A stretch of DNA of 63,995 nucleotides, filler included, from Gonapodya sp. JEL0774 (taxonomy: Eukaryota), in the NCBI GenBank assembly GCA_027604505.1. It is 7 parts of 7 records of this genome, joined end to end, with 100 filler letters (N's around TTAATTAATTAA, not from the genome) between each part and the next. Parts side by side here need not be neighbours in the genome. Positions count along the whole stretch, not along the records: positions 9,309 to 18,506 come from JADIIX010000421.1; positions 18,607 to 27,741 come from JADIIX010000422.1; 5 more parts are not named here. The stretch is one strand, 5' to 3'. A program made the position numbers and the translations under genes. Below, piece after piece: positions 13,160 through 27,841 of this stretch. Position 1 is the stretch's first letter. Every line of letters begins with the position of its first letter. Below the pieces are notes generated by a model that saw only the letters and a list, made by a program, of their open reading frames with translations, had not been told where the DNA came from and searched no databases.

Positions 13160-16100
13160 TTGATATTCGAAAGATTTGAGATTCAACTGCGAAGTTTTGC
13201 GTGTTTTCCTTGTTGGATCATTCCGTATAATCGGGACATTCTTCGATGCTGCATTTGTCGGAACCCGACTGAATCAACGAACCAACTGCCTGGGGCTGCT
13301 GACTCTGGCACGCAGCTGAAGCCGCTCTGTCTCTCGCTGTTGTCGCCACCGCGGACTTGGATTTCTCGCAAAGACACTTCGGGCCGATTCAGTGACATCA
13401 AGAATCTCTTAAACGAAATCACTTCGCCCACATCTTCGTCAAGCCGTCTCGCCCGTGTGTCACCTCGTGACCGTAGAACGATTCTCGCAGAACTTGCCGA
13501 CTTTGTCCTGGTGCCGATTCTTCACCTCCTTAAAGACTCGGACGGGGTTGGAGTTGCACCTTCAAATGCAGTCGCCGCATTCGAAATCGTCGCATTGGTA
13601 TTGGAGTCCACCTTGAGAGGCTCAGAGAAAGAGGTGAGTAATATCATGTCATCGCTCGCTCCATAATGGCTCAAGGGAGGGGGCCAGTTGGGAAATGTGA
13701 TAGGGTAGGAGATAAGGAGCATCGTGGATTAGTCTTGTTTGTCTTCTTGGTACAGCGAGGCGGTCAAGTTTTCCCCTGTCACTCCCCTTCTTCATCCCTC
13801 TCAACCTGACCCCCGCCCCGCCCCCCCGCGTCCCCTCCCTCCCTCCAACAAGACTGATCCCCTCGCCCCTATACTCCTCTCCACCTCCCACCCCAGCACC
13901 ATCTTATCTCTATGTGCCATCTACATTCAATTTGGTCGTGTCCCTTCACGTGGTGCGGGGCCAAAGAAGTCTACTGACTCGGACGGGCTCGTGAAGGGCG
14001 TGGACGACGAACTCCGAATGGCATGTGTAAAATGTGCGAAAGCCGTTTTCGGTGTGGACTCTGCTGGGAACCGCGGTGGAGAGTTTGATTCGGGAGATTT
14101 GGTTGGGCATTTTGTCACGGATGAGGACCATGAAGATCGTGTTGCCTCTGAGGTGCGTGATCATTTGCAAAGCTGGTTACGTGTCACCAGCTCTCATGGC
14201 TGAGATTATTCTCGGGTTCCGAATCAGACATCGACTTCCACCTCGCGGACTTCTCCGTTGCCCTCTCGAACCCGCTCCCTCCTACCTGCCGTTATTCCCT
14301 CTTCCCAATCAAATGTGTCATCATTCCCTCCACCCCCTCAAACCTCCCCACCTCTCCTTCCGCCTACCCTCCACCTCCTCACCACCCTCCTCTCCGTCGC
14401 ATCGTCCTCTCCCCCTCCTCCCCTCTCCCTTCTCGTCTCCTCTCTCACCCTCGTCCGCCACATCGTCGCGGTGTTATCTCACGCTGGTGCTCACGCCGTA
14501 GCCTCTGTCCTCCCTGGTATTGCGAGCTCCGCTGGAAGGTTGATACTCGGCGGTGAACAAACAGCGAACGCATCGGCGTCCCCTGGTCGCGGTGGTTTCC
14601 AAGGTGTGGACGTGCGCGGCCACTCAGGAACACACAGCGCCGCACTGGTTGCCGCCGTGACTTTGATGGCCGACACAGTGAGCGCTGCGTACCCTGCGAC
14701 TAGGTCGGGTACACCAGCCCCACCAACCGACGGTCGAAGCCCAGAGAGCGAAACGAAAACAGGGCTCGGGGACGTGGACGTAGACGCAACCTTGGCCTCT
14801 TGGAAACGGATCGCGCAAGGCTTTCCCTCCATCACTTCCCCGGCTCCACCTACGCCTCCTCCATCGCCGCAACCCACTCCCTCTCCACCTCCTCCCCTCG
14901 CCATGATCCTTCTCCGTGTGCTACCCACCCTCTCATCCTCCCCAAACACCCGAGTTCGCACCTCTGCAGCCCACCTCGCCTCTATAGTCATGTCACCTGA
15001 TCGCCCTGGTCTCGAGTCAGTGGCCGCACACGTGGCAGTAGTTGCGACGGACGCGGCCATGGTCGGGCTCTCTCGGCGGTCGGATCGAGAACGGATTTTG
15101 GCCGCGTTGGTGGGTGTGGACGTGAGGTCTGCGGTAGTGGGTGAATTGCATCGCAGGATCAAGGCTTTACCTCGCGACCTCGAGTCGGCGAAAACAGATG
15201 CCTGGAAGACGACACGGTGTGAACTCGTGGCAGCGTATCTCTCCTGTTCCGGTTTTGTTTCTTCGGCGTCCTCGATGAGCGAAACGTCCCCATACATCGA
15301 TTTCCCTCAAGCACTGTCACTTTCTTTAGCTCGTTCGGCGACCGGACAGTCACGAGCGGGTGTCACGCATGCACCATCACCGTCGGCAATCCCACCTCTC
15401 CTCATGTCCTCTCCTGCACTTTCGCGTGCAGTTGCAGGCCTTTTGAGATTGGCTGCCAGTGGCGACGATGTTGGACGAGAGCTCTTCGATGGGTTCTCGG
15501 CCCTCGCGATATCCAGCTCTGACTCTGTGCTTCCTGGTGAGAATGAAGGAGAGAGCGAGGTTAGCCCTCCTGTTCGTGCCGCTGCGGCGTGGTGCCTAGG
15601 TAATGTTACGGCTGGGTTAGGTGGTTGGGGTGTCGATGATAGTGGTGAGATGGAAACGGACCGCTCGCTTGGCCGGGATTGGTCTCTGGAAGTTGCTGTC
15701 AGGGATATCACACAATCAGCCGGAAGGCAAAACGCCGTGGTCAAATGGAAAGCCTTGGGCCCTTCAATTGCGGGAGTTCTTCTGGGGGCGATAGACAGGG
15801 TTCTCTCGGAGCTTGTGGCGCCAAGGTTTGGAAGCGGTGGTGGTGGAGACATTGAATCGATTGCCATCCTTCGCCTCGCTGCACATTTGGCCCTTGTCTT
15901 GGGACCGGTGAGGATGGGTCATCGGGTGGGCGAGGCCATTTATGCAGCGCTTGCATTTCTGTCTAGTCACAGTTCCGGATCAACTTCTGGTGTTGGTTCA
16001 AGCTCGACTCCTGCTGGTGTTGCTGCGCGCACTCTGCTGTCGATTTTGTCGACCATTGTGGGATCTCCAAGTCTGGAAGACTTGGTGCGGGAAGAAGCAC

Positions 16101-17548
16101 CCGGTGTAGCAGACGCTGCAACCGCCTCCCTTCGTCGATTTGTCGTATCCGACGCTCTCCTTCAGCCCACTGGATCGGTGCCTCCCGCCGCACGGGTCGT
16201 CGAAGGGTTGGTAAGAGTGTGTGGTGTGGGCGTACTGGATGTCGTGGGGGAGGCAGTGGAGGCGGTCGTAGACGCTGTCGATAGCTTTGGAAGGCGAGGG
16301 TATGCCAAGGGGCTTTCAGCGGGCGTAGGCGTTGCGGGGATGCTGGGAGTGATTGGTGGGGTGGTTGAGGCGGTTGTTGCAGACGAACCATTTGAAACTC
16401 CAGATCACCATGTCAGTGATTATACGGAGAACACGGAGAACGGCACATCGCCTTTGAATGGATCGGAATGGCTCACCGGGTGCTCTCCACAAATGAAAAG
16501 ACTGTGGATAGAGTTTGGGCCTATCCTGGACCTCCAAGCTGGCGGAACTGGTGGAAACAGTGCGCGGCTCGTGGAACTTGATGACAAGGACAGGGAATTG
16601 TGGAATCTGACGGACCCGGACGAAGTGAGAGATTTTTTCTTGCGAAGGGCCGACGAGAAGGAACGCGCCGCAGCCGAAAAGTTGGATCAGCACGCATCGT
16701 CATCCGCGGAAGAACGGCCGCCATCGCCCATCACTACTCCACCGACTCCCGCCACGTCCCTCTTACTACTCGTGCTTCGCCTGACATCCCATCTTTTGTC
16801 GCATCCCCTTCCGTCTGTGCGTGCCGCTGCTCTGCGTCTCGTGCGGTTCTCCCTCCCTCCCCTCCTCCAATCCACTGAACTCCTACCACAAGTTCATAAA
16901 CTCTGGCCGGGGGTAGTATCTCGGCTGGATGACGCAGAACGGTATGTTGCTGTAGAAGCAGATGCGGTGGTTGGGGTTATGGCCAAAGTAGGCGGGGACT
17001 TTTTGGCGAGGAGAGTAGGCGAAGTGGTCAGCAAATACGCAAAACTTCTCTCAGGGCTGAGAAAAGTCGCGTCTGGGGAGATTGGGTCTGCCAGAGCGAC
17101 GGATCCAGCGTACAAGTTCTCCACGCACGGAAGGCTTTTGCTCGGTGCACTAGGCACCTGCTGTGAAGTGGTGCGACAAGTGCCATTGGCTTGGGCGGAT
17201 TTACGGTCGTTGGAGCGTGCGACTGCGCCCTTCTTGGACCACAGGCGATGGAGCACAGATGTTGTCGATGCAGCAGAGAGGGTCTGGAGAACATTGGCGT
17301 ACAGAGACCCTGACGGGACTTGGCTCTCAATGTGGAGCATTCGCGGTGGAGGGAACTGGAAGATGGGTGCTACGGACTGGAACGGTGCAGAAGGGCCGAC
17401 CGTGCCAGCGTGGTTTGTAGAACGATGGCGAGACAGACCCGGTGAAACTACTGATGGAAGTGCAGACAGTATCGGCAAGATCTTGGAATGGGTGAGAGAT
17501 GCGAGAAGAACGGGTGCCTCCAAGGTGAAGGAGGTGCGAGTTTACTAA
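13160..17548 (+). CDS. TTI1: TEL2-interacting protein 1 homolog (TTT complex, HEAT repeats); start approximate; introns at about 13634-13755 and 14152-14227
   Basis: N-terminal QLKPLC..LADFVLVPILHLL; C-terminal HLLSHP..VRAAALRL..LLPQVHKLWPGVVSRL..GGDFLARRV..DPDGTWL; 1096-aa terminal ORF. Confidence 0.8.
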
Positions 17549-17861
17549 ACAGTGAGCACAACTTGATGTATTATGGATTCACGTTATGTTGCATATATTA
17601 TCATCGAGTTTCGGCGTGATATTTAGCGAAAGCGGTGGAGGTGGGCGAATAGCTCATCTTGTGTTTTCAAATTCGGCGAAGGTTTATCTTGAACGACTGG
17701 AGTCAAGGAAACGACGCGAGGAGACCGACAGTGCTCTTCCAACGAATGTCAAATGCAGTGATCAACCGCACCTTGCAATGAATTTTAGTTGGCGACTGTC
17801 TCCATCCCACCTGGGTGGTATAGATAATGGCACCATACAGTTTTTACTCAACCATACGATA

Positions 17862-18005
17862 AACGTTCATCTCCATAATGCAAGATTAGGGCATTGCCCA
17901 AATTATACGCCCATTCTAATACCACGCTGCGACATCATTTGCAGGTACAAATGCTCTGAATCCAGCTTGTCCAATGCATCAAGCTGCATTATGGAGATGA
18001 ACGTT
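17862..18005. repeat. Inverted repeat: 21-bp perfect arms extending imperfectly to ~40 bp (MITE-like or hairpin)
   Basis: aacgttcatctccataatgca (17862-17882) and its exact reverse complement tgcattatggagatgaacgtt (17985-18005). Confidence 0.75.
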
Positions 18006-18506
18006 CATGATGTAACGTGGTTCTAACTTGCATTGCACGCGGTCTTCTATACCTGGGTTCATGCGAAGTGATTTGCATTCGCTTTTTTTTGGCAGAGCAT
18101 TTCATTCAGACTGTTCTCCCCTTGATGACGATTGACGAGTAGTGTTAACGATAATGCCCGATTCGGCAAAAAGGGACTCCTCCCACTTGTACGCACAGAA
18201 AGAGAACATCCAGCAAAAGCGAGAATAATTCTCCGATGGCTTCGAAAGAGCGCAATTCAGAACAACCAGCACTGGAAGATTGGAACTTCGTGCTTTCCCC
18301 CAATCCCCTTTGATCCCTGCCGGCCGACTCAACAAGCTGGGATTTTATGGCAGCATATCAGTAGAGGGTACACCCGGTAGAGCCTTCATCAAGACGCCAT
18401 GCTCCCTACGGCGCCATTGCATTCCAATTTCGGTGAGACAGTTAACCGCGACACTGTACAACGTGAGCCTGGTGGCACTCAGCTTCAGATACACGTTTCC
18501 CCGCTC

Positions 18507-18606
18507 NNNNNNNNNNNNNNNNNNNNNNNNNNNNNNNNNNNNNNNNNNNNTTAATTAATTAANNNNNNNNNNNNNNNNNNNNNNNNNNNNNNNNNNNNNN
18601 NNNNNN
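18507..18606. other. Artificial scaffold linker
   Basis: N-TTAATTAATTAA-N. Confidence 0.97.
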
Positions 18607-21437
18607 GGGAGAAGGTCACCAACCGCTAGGCCAAGAGTCAAGGTTCATTCATCTGTAGAAATTCTTGCGGATCCATCACACATAATGAGCGTAGTTGTAT
18701 TCACAGTTTCGGATGGGACGGAAACGATGTGCTTCTAGTACATGTGATTCGAAGATGTAGGCGCAGACGGTTGGGGTACACACCTTCGCCTAGAGCTGAT
18801 CGGTCAACTTTTCCATCGGTTATCCATCGTTCACAGAAAAGCTTGCAGGCGCAGACTCGCGAGAGTGGTGGAAGGCCGTGACGTGATAGCTCTGCCCCGT
18901 TCACTCAGTCCAGTGAGGGCGGAGTCTGACATCCGACAACGCCAATCGATCCGCTCCCATCCATCACGCATAGAGTCCAGCATTCACAATCATTTTTGCC
19001 GTGCTAAATATGAGATATGACGACTGGGTGGTGGGGGAATGGGGATCCTCACTTCCGGCATCACCACCCGCCCATACACTGCCACAGTAAAATTGGATGC
19101 TCACCATCGAGACTTCGATCCCCATAAGTGAGTACGATATGTGCTTTATATTGCGAATTGAATGTATTCCTGTTCGAGAATGGGTAGGTGTTGACGCATA
19201 TGTTCGTATCAGCTATTATCAGCAGCCACACACTAACCACCAATGCGGCACCAAGGGGTAACTGCAGAAAGAAACGCGATACTATGGAGAGTCCTCCGAC
19301 GAATACAAAGAAACATAGAGAAATCCCCTTGGAGCAAATGAAGATTTAATGAGCGAAAACAAACAACATGATGGACTGAGCACGATTCCCACGAGCAAGA
19401 AGCGACTCAAAGTTAGTTATGTGGCAAATGCTTCCTCAAAGTTTCAGGGCAAACCGACTATTCTTTGCAGAGGAAATGAAGATTTTGTGAGCGGAAATGT
19501 GTGTCGCGGTGAGGCCCAATGACACACCGCCCGCCCCGCCCATCCTATTCTCCTTCCCCTTCGGACGTCAGAGGTGGATTGGAACTGGCCATGAGGAACT
19601 CGCGATCATCACTATGACCAGCACCGTCCGTGCCGCCGCAGTGTCCCCCTCACTGGTGCGGTGTGGTGTCCCGATTCGCACATCACTCGTCACACCCCAT
19701 ATCCCTTGTCGCGTGCGCGCGTGGTTGGATTTGTCTTCACAAAACTCAACACAAATCCAGTGAACGTTCTTGCGTCTTGTGAGACGTAGGGGGCCAGCTT
19801 GCTGCTTCGGTTGTCGACACGCCTGTGCCAAATCTGATCCTCGTCTCCTACTGCCCTTCCTCCTCCCCCAGGCAGATCCCCACCATATCTTGCCTTTCGT
19901 ACATCATACCATGACGCACTGCGCTCCTCAGCCGGACCTCCCCCACAACACGACAAACCAGCCCGCGCACATGCACCGGCAGATCCCGAAGCTGTTGGGA
20001 AGAAGGAGCTTTTGGTACGTTGTCTGGGGTCGCAAAAACGTCAGCAGTGGAGAGAGATGTGCCCGTGGTTCCAGGTACTGATTCAGGACGCAAACGAGCG
20101 GACGTCGACACTACGTACTAGAAAAGAAGACGACGCGGAATGTGCTGCTGTTGACGAAAAGGCACAGAGGTGAGCTTGGTTTACTAGATTCCAACGTGCA
20201 AACGTGGACCCGTTCACAACATGACACTGCAATCGCTGCGAAAGACGGACCGGCCGTCAAGGTCCGCAACGCTTGATCAAGCACCCGATCGGTATGAAAA
20301 CACCCTCCCGCCGCCCCTCCCGGACTTCCCAACCATCGTGTGACTTTTACGTATGAAGATATCGGGACCTCATTGAAACGGAGGGAGTTGCACTGGGACA
20401 CAGCGCGATCGGGGTCGCTGGGTGGCGGGAAGTAAGAGCCTATCCCACCCCGCACCCAGCACCCCGCTTCCACCACCACTCACCACCCGTACCGGCTCAC
20501 GGCTCATAGCTCACGCGTTATGTCCTCGGGTCAGTGTCGCGAGTCGTGGGTCGGCGTACCTCGAGGCTCGAGGCGTGACAACGACCGAAGGAACTTCGAC
20601 AACGTGGTATCCTCCCCCCCCCCCGATCCCGCCGCACTGCACTGGTGCGGTGTGGTGTCTGTCACACATTCAAACTTCTCACACCCCACACCAAACACCA
20701 CACCCCATTTCCCGTACGGCGTGCGGGGCGTCAGTTGTCTCCTCGTCATCCGCAAACAGTAACCTTGAAATCCCCTTAATTCTTTGCTCGTTGGTAGCTT
20801 TATCGATACAGTAGTAGCGGCCTTCAAAGAGATTCGGTATCTTATTGCTGACACCGGGTCCATGTGTTAGATTGTGGGTGTGGAATTTGCAAGACGACAG
20901 GGTTCGTGCGTTCAGGCGAAGCGAATTGAGCTCCACGACCCTCAATATCATTTAACAATAGATTCTCAAATGGATTTTGCCGTTTCTCACCCCCCTCACG
21001 CTTGCTGGATCAAGAGGTTCGTCGCTCGGGGCTGAGGGATCCTGAATAAGCCGCACAACTCTTGCAGATTCCCCAGCGAAACTCTTAGTCCAGCAATGCC
21101 GGAAGGGATGGGCGATGGTAGATTTACGACGAGGGATTCTTATAATACTGTTGGTGCAGCTGATTGACTTCGGAGTGACTACCGGGAACCTTTCGTGTCC
21201 GATGACCTGCAACCGCGTTCAAACGCATGGAAACAACGTCGACAATAATATAACGAGATTCAGGATATGAGAGCTGAGTGGTCATAGAGACACAGTGGAA
21301 TTGGGAATTGAAGCTAGTTCGGGGTTACTGCTTGCGGATAAATTGCTTGCATACTTGCATATAAATTGGGTTGAGGGGCCGGGATATATATATTGGGCCC
21401 ACTGTGTGCGTTCTTTCCAACACCATCTTCCGAACAT

Positions 21438-24400
21438 ATGTCAGGCAAAGTAGCTGGCCAAACAGCGGCTGGCGTCCGCCTCCGTCTCCACGATGTTTCC
21501 GTAGCAGTAGGTCCCAACTCATTCGGAGCAAACATAATCGATCGGTACCGAGGCGGAAGTCCTACCCCGAAAGCAATCGTCGAAAAGATATCATATCTCG
21601 AGTTTGCGCCGTCGCAGATCACTGCAATCATTGGCAATTCCGGTGCTGGAAAAACAACCTTGCTGGATCTCATCACCGGAAGAGCGCCAGGAAACGCAAA
21701 AATTGAAGGCGAGATCGAATGGGAGGAGTCATCTCCGCCAAAAAGAACGGTCGAACGATTTGGAGCTGCTACACCTGCGGACAAACGCAATGTTCGTATT
21801 GCCTATGTGGAACAAACCGACAACAAATTGATACCCCATCTGACTGTGGGCGAGGTGAGTCACTTTGCTGCATTCGATTGATTTCAACGATTCCTGTGAA
21901 TCACATTCCACATCCCAGACATTATACTACCAATCGAAAATCCGCGCGCCTCCATCGTCGAACGACGCTAGCCGTCAAGAAATCGTGGACAACCTGATTC
22001 AGCAGCTTGGATTAAAGGTTCATTGTCCTCATTTTAACCGTGGATTCCTTTGCATTCAACTTTGATGTCTCCCGGGCCTCAATCACTCCAAAACAGGACT
22101 GTGTCAACACGCCAATCGGCAATGACGAGAAAAAGGGCTGCTCTGGCGGTGAAAAGCGCCGTGTCAGTCTCGCCATCCAGCTCCTCTCCCACGGTGTGAA
22201 AGTGATATGTCTCGACGAGTACGTAGTGCATTAGCTCCACCGCTAGTTTGGAATCCCACCATTCACACCCTCGCACGTCATACAGACCCATGAGCGGTCT
22301 CGACGCATTCACGGGTGCCCGCCTATGCACCCAACTCAAGCAGCTGGCGCAGCGCACAAAGCGCACTGTCATCCTCACCATCCACCAGCCCCGCCCCGAA
22401 GCGTTCGCCATGTTCGACCAAATCGTCCTCCTCGGCAAGGGCGGGCATGTCCTCTACGCGGGGGCACCGCACCACGCCGTGGAGTACTTTGAGAGCCAAG
22501 GTGTTCTCAAGCCCGGGGGAGCTCCCACGTGCGAGTGGCTCGTCGATGTCGCGAGCGTGGATCAGGAGAACTGGGCCATGTACAGGGACAGCAAGGAGCG
22601 TATAGCTCGTCTGGGAGACGCGTGGAGGGCGAGGGGCCAGGAAGCTTGGCGCCCCATGACGGAGAAAGCCGTGGGGTATGTGTCGACATTGCACGAAATC
22701 ACCCAAGACTCAATGGGCGATCTCCCAGAGGCCGAGTCACCAGCAAAACCTGCGGTCCGTCTTATGCCGCGCAACTACACGTTCCGTGCAATGGCGGCTC
22801 CAGTCCGGTTAAAGACACTGCTTCGGGGTGAATCGAGTCTCGCCACTGCCTCTGGCGATATGCATCCAGTTGTGCAATCCGCCGTGGCGGCGTTTGATCG
22901 CGTTGTATTCACCACGTCGAGAATGAGCAAAGCAATTTATCGCGATGTCTATTTTGTTGCCCTCATGGTCGCAATGACCAACTTCTTCGCTCTGGTGAGG
23001 TGGCAGTTTTGTTTACAGACCGAGTAATCTCTCTCACGACGGACTCCACCACAAGTACTTTGGCGTTATGCTTTTAAAAGTAGACGAATCTCCCGTTGGA
23101 CTTAGAAATCGATTCGGTGCTGTCAGCTTGGCAATCACTGGCAACGCGGGTCAGGGTGTAATCTACGGTTTTCTATTCTTTCAGCAGCTGAAAGTGTTTG
23201 ATGCCGAACGAAAGGATGGCTATAACCACAGTGGAACGTTCTGTGAGTTTACTGATCTTCCGACCATCATACCCAACCACTCATTTCCGTGATTTCAAAA
23301 GTACTCGCATTCTGGCTTGCGGCTATTCCAATTCTTCTCGGAAACGGCTTGCTTTTTAGCTGCGTGCTCTACTTTATCAGTGGTCTCTCTGCTCATTTCG
23401 GCAAATTCATGATGTTTTTTCTGTATCACGTCATCGCGGTTTTGGTGAGTTTATCTGAAAAAGAAACACTGAGAATCAACATAACGTCTTCGAATTTTTA
23501 CTTGAACCGTTAAGGGAGAAATTTTGAGCCTCGTCGTGTTCATAGCTTGGACACGAAACTTCCCCATTTCAATTACTCTTTTCAACATTTTACGCGGATT
23601 TCTCAACGCGACAACAGGATTCCTGCTACAGCCTGTGAGAGCGCAGACAAAGGAAACACCATAGCTTGACGATGAGTTTAATCAGACGTCGTTTTAAAGG
23701 AACTCACTCTCGTATGGCTCCGATGGCTCAAGTATTGCAATCCTCAATATTGGGGCATGTACACACTCATGAACAACGAAGTGGCTGGAAGGCAGTTTGG
23801 CACCGACAGTGGGGACTTGTACTTGCAACAGATTGGAATGTTCAATGTTGCGAACCCGGTCGCCGCTATTGGTTTTAGTGTTGGCTTCTTGGCAGTAGTG
23901 ACAGCCGTCACTTTGAGCGGTATATACTCCATTAAGCCATCTCCGCCGGTAGCGAAAGAAATATCTCAAACTTTTCTCACTCGCGGAGAGGGAGACGATG
24001 TCGAATCAGTTGAAATCCCACTGGGAACTTTTGAGCACCGGGATCTGCACAAATCCGGACCTGACGGCTTCAGTATCGTGGTGAGAAATTTCCGCTTGGT
24101 ATCCCAGCGACGTGTTGGCCTCTCCAAATCTGTGGAGAGAATCGCCATTGAGGATCTCAGCGTGACGTTTGTGGGTGGTCGATTCACTGGTATCCTTGGA
24201 GCATCTGGTGCTGGTAAAACCAGGTGGGTGATTGGATGGCCGCCAATCCCATGTTTTGCTGAGCCATAACACATTCTTTTCACCCTTCAGTCTGCTAAGT
24301 TTCATCTCCGGAACAGCAACAGACGTTAACGGACTGCTTGAAACAACAACGTACTCGGGACAAGTCTTCTACGGTGGCAACTCAGGGCTTAGTCGGGATA

Positions 24401-26710
24401 CAATCAAATCATCTGTTGCTTTGGTTCGCCAACGTAAGTGCGACCTTTGGCGGATGTCGGGTGGCCCTTTCCACCTAAAAATACATTTCGACTAATCTTG
24501 TTGTTCTCTGCAGATGATCCCTCACTTCCCTCTGCCCTTACTGTGCGTGAAACACTCCAGTACGCAGCAAAACTGAGGCTTTGGAATCATGACGCGGCGT
24601 ACCAAGAGAGCAGGATAAACGAAATCCTGCAGCTACTTCGCTTGCTAGACTGTGCAAACACGGTTGTCGGCGACGAGAACATAAAGGGCGTGTCTGGGGG
24701 TGAACGTCGGCGTCTCAGCATAGCACTTACCCTATTAGCAGATCCGAGCGTTCTGATATTGGAGTGAGTCAAAGAAATTTCGATGGAGTCAATTTTATGT
24801 TTGGACTGACCGTTCACATATCCCTTGATGTCACCTGGGAATTTCAACCTTCGACTCGGAAGTGAACCAACGACGGGACTGGACTCACTTGCGGCGCGCT
24901 CAGTTATGGTAGTACTCAAGGATATTTGCACCAAGAGCGGTAAAACGATCATATGCTCTCTTCACAACCCTTCGAAAGAAGCTTTCAACATGCTGGATGA
25001 TGTACTGCTGCTGGTGCGCTCGTGGAATTGACGTGAAATGTGCCAAGTGCTCACGCTAACTCCAATTTGGTACAGGCAAGGGGAGGACGGGTTGTTTATT
25101 CTGGTAAGTGCAAGGCGAAAAAAGAACCGTTGTGGTTCGACTAAAGAGTTTTAACGGCGCTTCGGGTAGGCTCCACGGCTGGTGTTTCAGACTTTTTTGC
25201 ATCGCAAGATATGTCAATATCACTAGACGAAAATCCTGCTGATTTTATTGTCGTGAGTAATGCGAACCTTTGCAACATAGAAGAAGGTTCAATGTAAATG
25301 TATGCTACGATTCCCAGGATGCAATGTCAATTGACATGGTCTCCGAAGAACGGCTCAATCGTTCAACAGTTAGGGTCGACAGTCTTGTCCGTGGATTTAA
25401 GGAGTACAGCGGCGTTGGTGCATCAAAAGAAGCCCATGCGGCGGAGCAAGTGGACAATGCCGTGGATATTACATCAAGGCTCACAATTAGGCCAGCGCCA
25501 TTGAGTAAAGCTGTTCCAACTCTTTTATCTCGAACGTTGAAACAGGCAGTCCGCGATCCAGAAGAATTAATGATGAGAATAAGCAGTTCTCCAATTGGTT
25601 AGTAAACTTCCCACTTCAGCACCACATTTCATTGAAACCAACCTCGTTTCAGGTGGAGCTTTGGGGGCCGCGACCTGGGGTCGCATGCCGGATTCGGTGC
25701 TCTCCATTCAAAGTCGGAATGGTGGATTTCTATGTGGGTCCCCCGGTTGTGTAGAGCTATGCCAAGGCCACCCCCCACTTAGCCTCGGTTGCCGTTGTAG
25801 TGGCTGCGATTTCGTCGCACGGAACCAGCATGTTCAACGTGATAACGTTTTTCCATCGGGATCTTAATCTTTTCACACGAGAATACCAAGAGCGAGCGTA
25901 CAACATGGTGAGAAGATCCCAAATTTGCTCTTACGTTCGCAAAATGCAAACTCCTTTCCGCAGTCTGCATTCTTTGTCAAACATACCATTTTTGAGTTAC
26001 TTTGCGAAATTATCTCTGCGGCGGCAACCGTCGCGATCTTTGGACTTAGTGTCGGATACAATATCCCGGACGCCAAAGCATTTTTCTTGTGGACATCGCT
26101 ATTTATTCTTCTTCAACACGCGGGGGAAGCAACTGCCATGATCTTCCTCTGCATTCTCCCATCATATCAAGCCGGAATCGCAGCTGCAGTCAGTTTCACA
26201 GGAGCTACCATTGTACAGGTACGTACAGACTTCATGCATGTGGTCTTGTAAAGTGTTTGCTTAACGCATCAATCATCATCTTATTAGAGTGGCTTTGTAG
26301 CCATTAATGCCCCCGTTTTTCTCGAGTATTTCAATTACCTTTCACCAACGAGACATAGTCTACGAGCTCTTGTCCAGAATGAGTACACTGGTGTAACGCT
26401 AAGAGGTCTCGACTGTCCTCCGGGACCAGTTGGGTGTGGTGAGGAAGTCAGGTGAGTTTTTGGTTGAACTTTTAAAATTACTTTTTAGTTCGTGAATACA
26501 AACTGTTTATGTTTAAAGCGGGGCGTCCGTTCTGGAACTTCTGGGACTGGGCAGTGAATCGATCACCTTGTTATGGTTCCTTTGTCTGGTCACTGTGATT
26601 GGCCACCGACTTGTGGCGTGAGTACAATAAATGGAGTACCACGGGTTTCTTCCACTGACACTTGTTTTATCTCCAGGATGTGGGCAATATCATGGCGAGC
26701 AAACAGATGA
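21438..26710 (+). CDS. Full-size ABCG transporter (NBD-TMD-NBD-TMD), many introns
   Basis: NBD1: GNSGAGKTT, CSGGEKRRVS, ICLDE/PMSGLD, TIHQP. NBD2: GASGAGKT, VSGGERRRLS, EPTTGLD, SLHNP. ABC2-type TMDs with AERKDG and REYQER motifs. Confidence 0.93.
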
Positions 26711-27741
26711 TATACAAGAGGACTTCATATTAGTTGGAAAAGCGAGACACGAATGTGGAAAAAGCATTTATTTTTGTAGTTCTCTGTCGCGCATTTTGCA
26801 AGAAAACGTCTGATGCAAAAGCTGAGCATCCAATGGGAAATAGATGATCCAGTGACCGAATCTTCTTGTTTCCTTTGAATCCAGACTCGCCGCGATCTGT
26901 CGAATCCGAGGATATATGGAGTACCGAGACAGCGGCGGCGGGGTAACGCAGAAACACCTCAGAAACGATTTCAGATAGCCCACTTGAAACGCCATTGATT
27001 ATCATCAGCATTCACCATCCGCACTATGTTCCCCACGATCTTCATCCGACGGTCCGACACCCTGCTTCATCACCGGTCATGCCCTCTGGTCGAATTTGAA
27101 GGAAGCGGTGGGCTCAACTCTCCTCCCTCTCACCAGGAAAATCTCTGGACGCTCCACCGATGGGTTCACCAGAGGGATCGCAACTGACAAACGCATTCAC
27201 TGGTTCTAATCCTCTATCAGATTCTAAGTTCGCTGGAACACCGCCCCAATGCTCTAGTATCATCCTTCGCGGTGTCGGAATCGTCGTCTTCAAAAGAGTA
27301 CCTCCGTCTGAATTATTATCTCCTCTGCGGAATATTTGCCGGGTCGTATGCCGTGCCGTCTTGGTGGTGGTCAAAAACCTACCTTGGCCATCATCGATCA
27401 ACTCCTCCTCCGGTTCCGTCCCCAGTCTTGACAGTACGATGCGTCAGTTGGTAGCTTATGATCTACTTCAATTCCATTGCCTTCTGAAACCAAAGCCCCT
27501 GAGATTGGATCCTCCAAATTCTGCTCCGCTTTCGACATCCGAATCACCGACTGGACCATCATCTCGATGGTTCCATTTGTATTTTCTCGACCGCATTCCC
27601 CGGCATTCTCGGGCACGGGAAATTGAGTATCCAATACGACACTTGGAACGATTTTTGGCTCCGGAATCACCTTGTTATCCATCCAAAAATATTGCTTGTC
27701 GCAACGGTTTCCCGTTTTGGAGTGTTTTTTGATTTCCGGGG

Positions 27742-27841
27742 NNNNNNNNNNNNNNNNNNNNNNNNNNNNNNNNNNNNNNNNNNNNTTAATTAATTAANNN
27801 NNNNNNNNNNNNNNNNNNNNNNNNNNNNNNNNNNNNNNNNN
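27742..27841. other. Artificial scaffold linker
   Basis: N-TTAATTAATTAA-N. Confidence 0.97.

Noticed and set aside
14445..17523. Numerous antisense and alternate-frame ORFs over TTI1 (and similarly over 27.8-29.9 kb and 59.4-63 kb)
   Set aside because: Shadow ORFs of GC-rich coding sequence with no independent motifs.
18607..21300. Short ORFs upstream of the ABCG gene
   Set aside because: No consistent exon chain or recognisable domain could be built.
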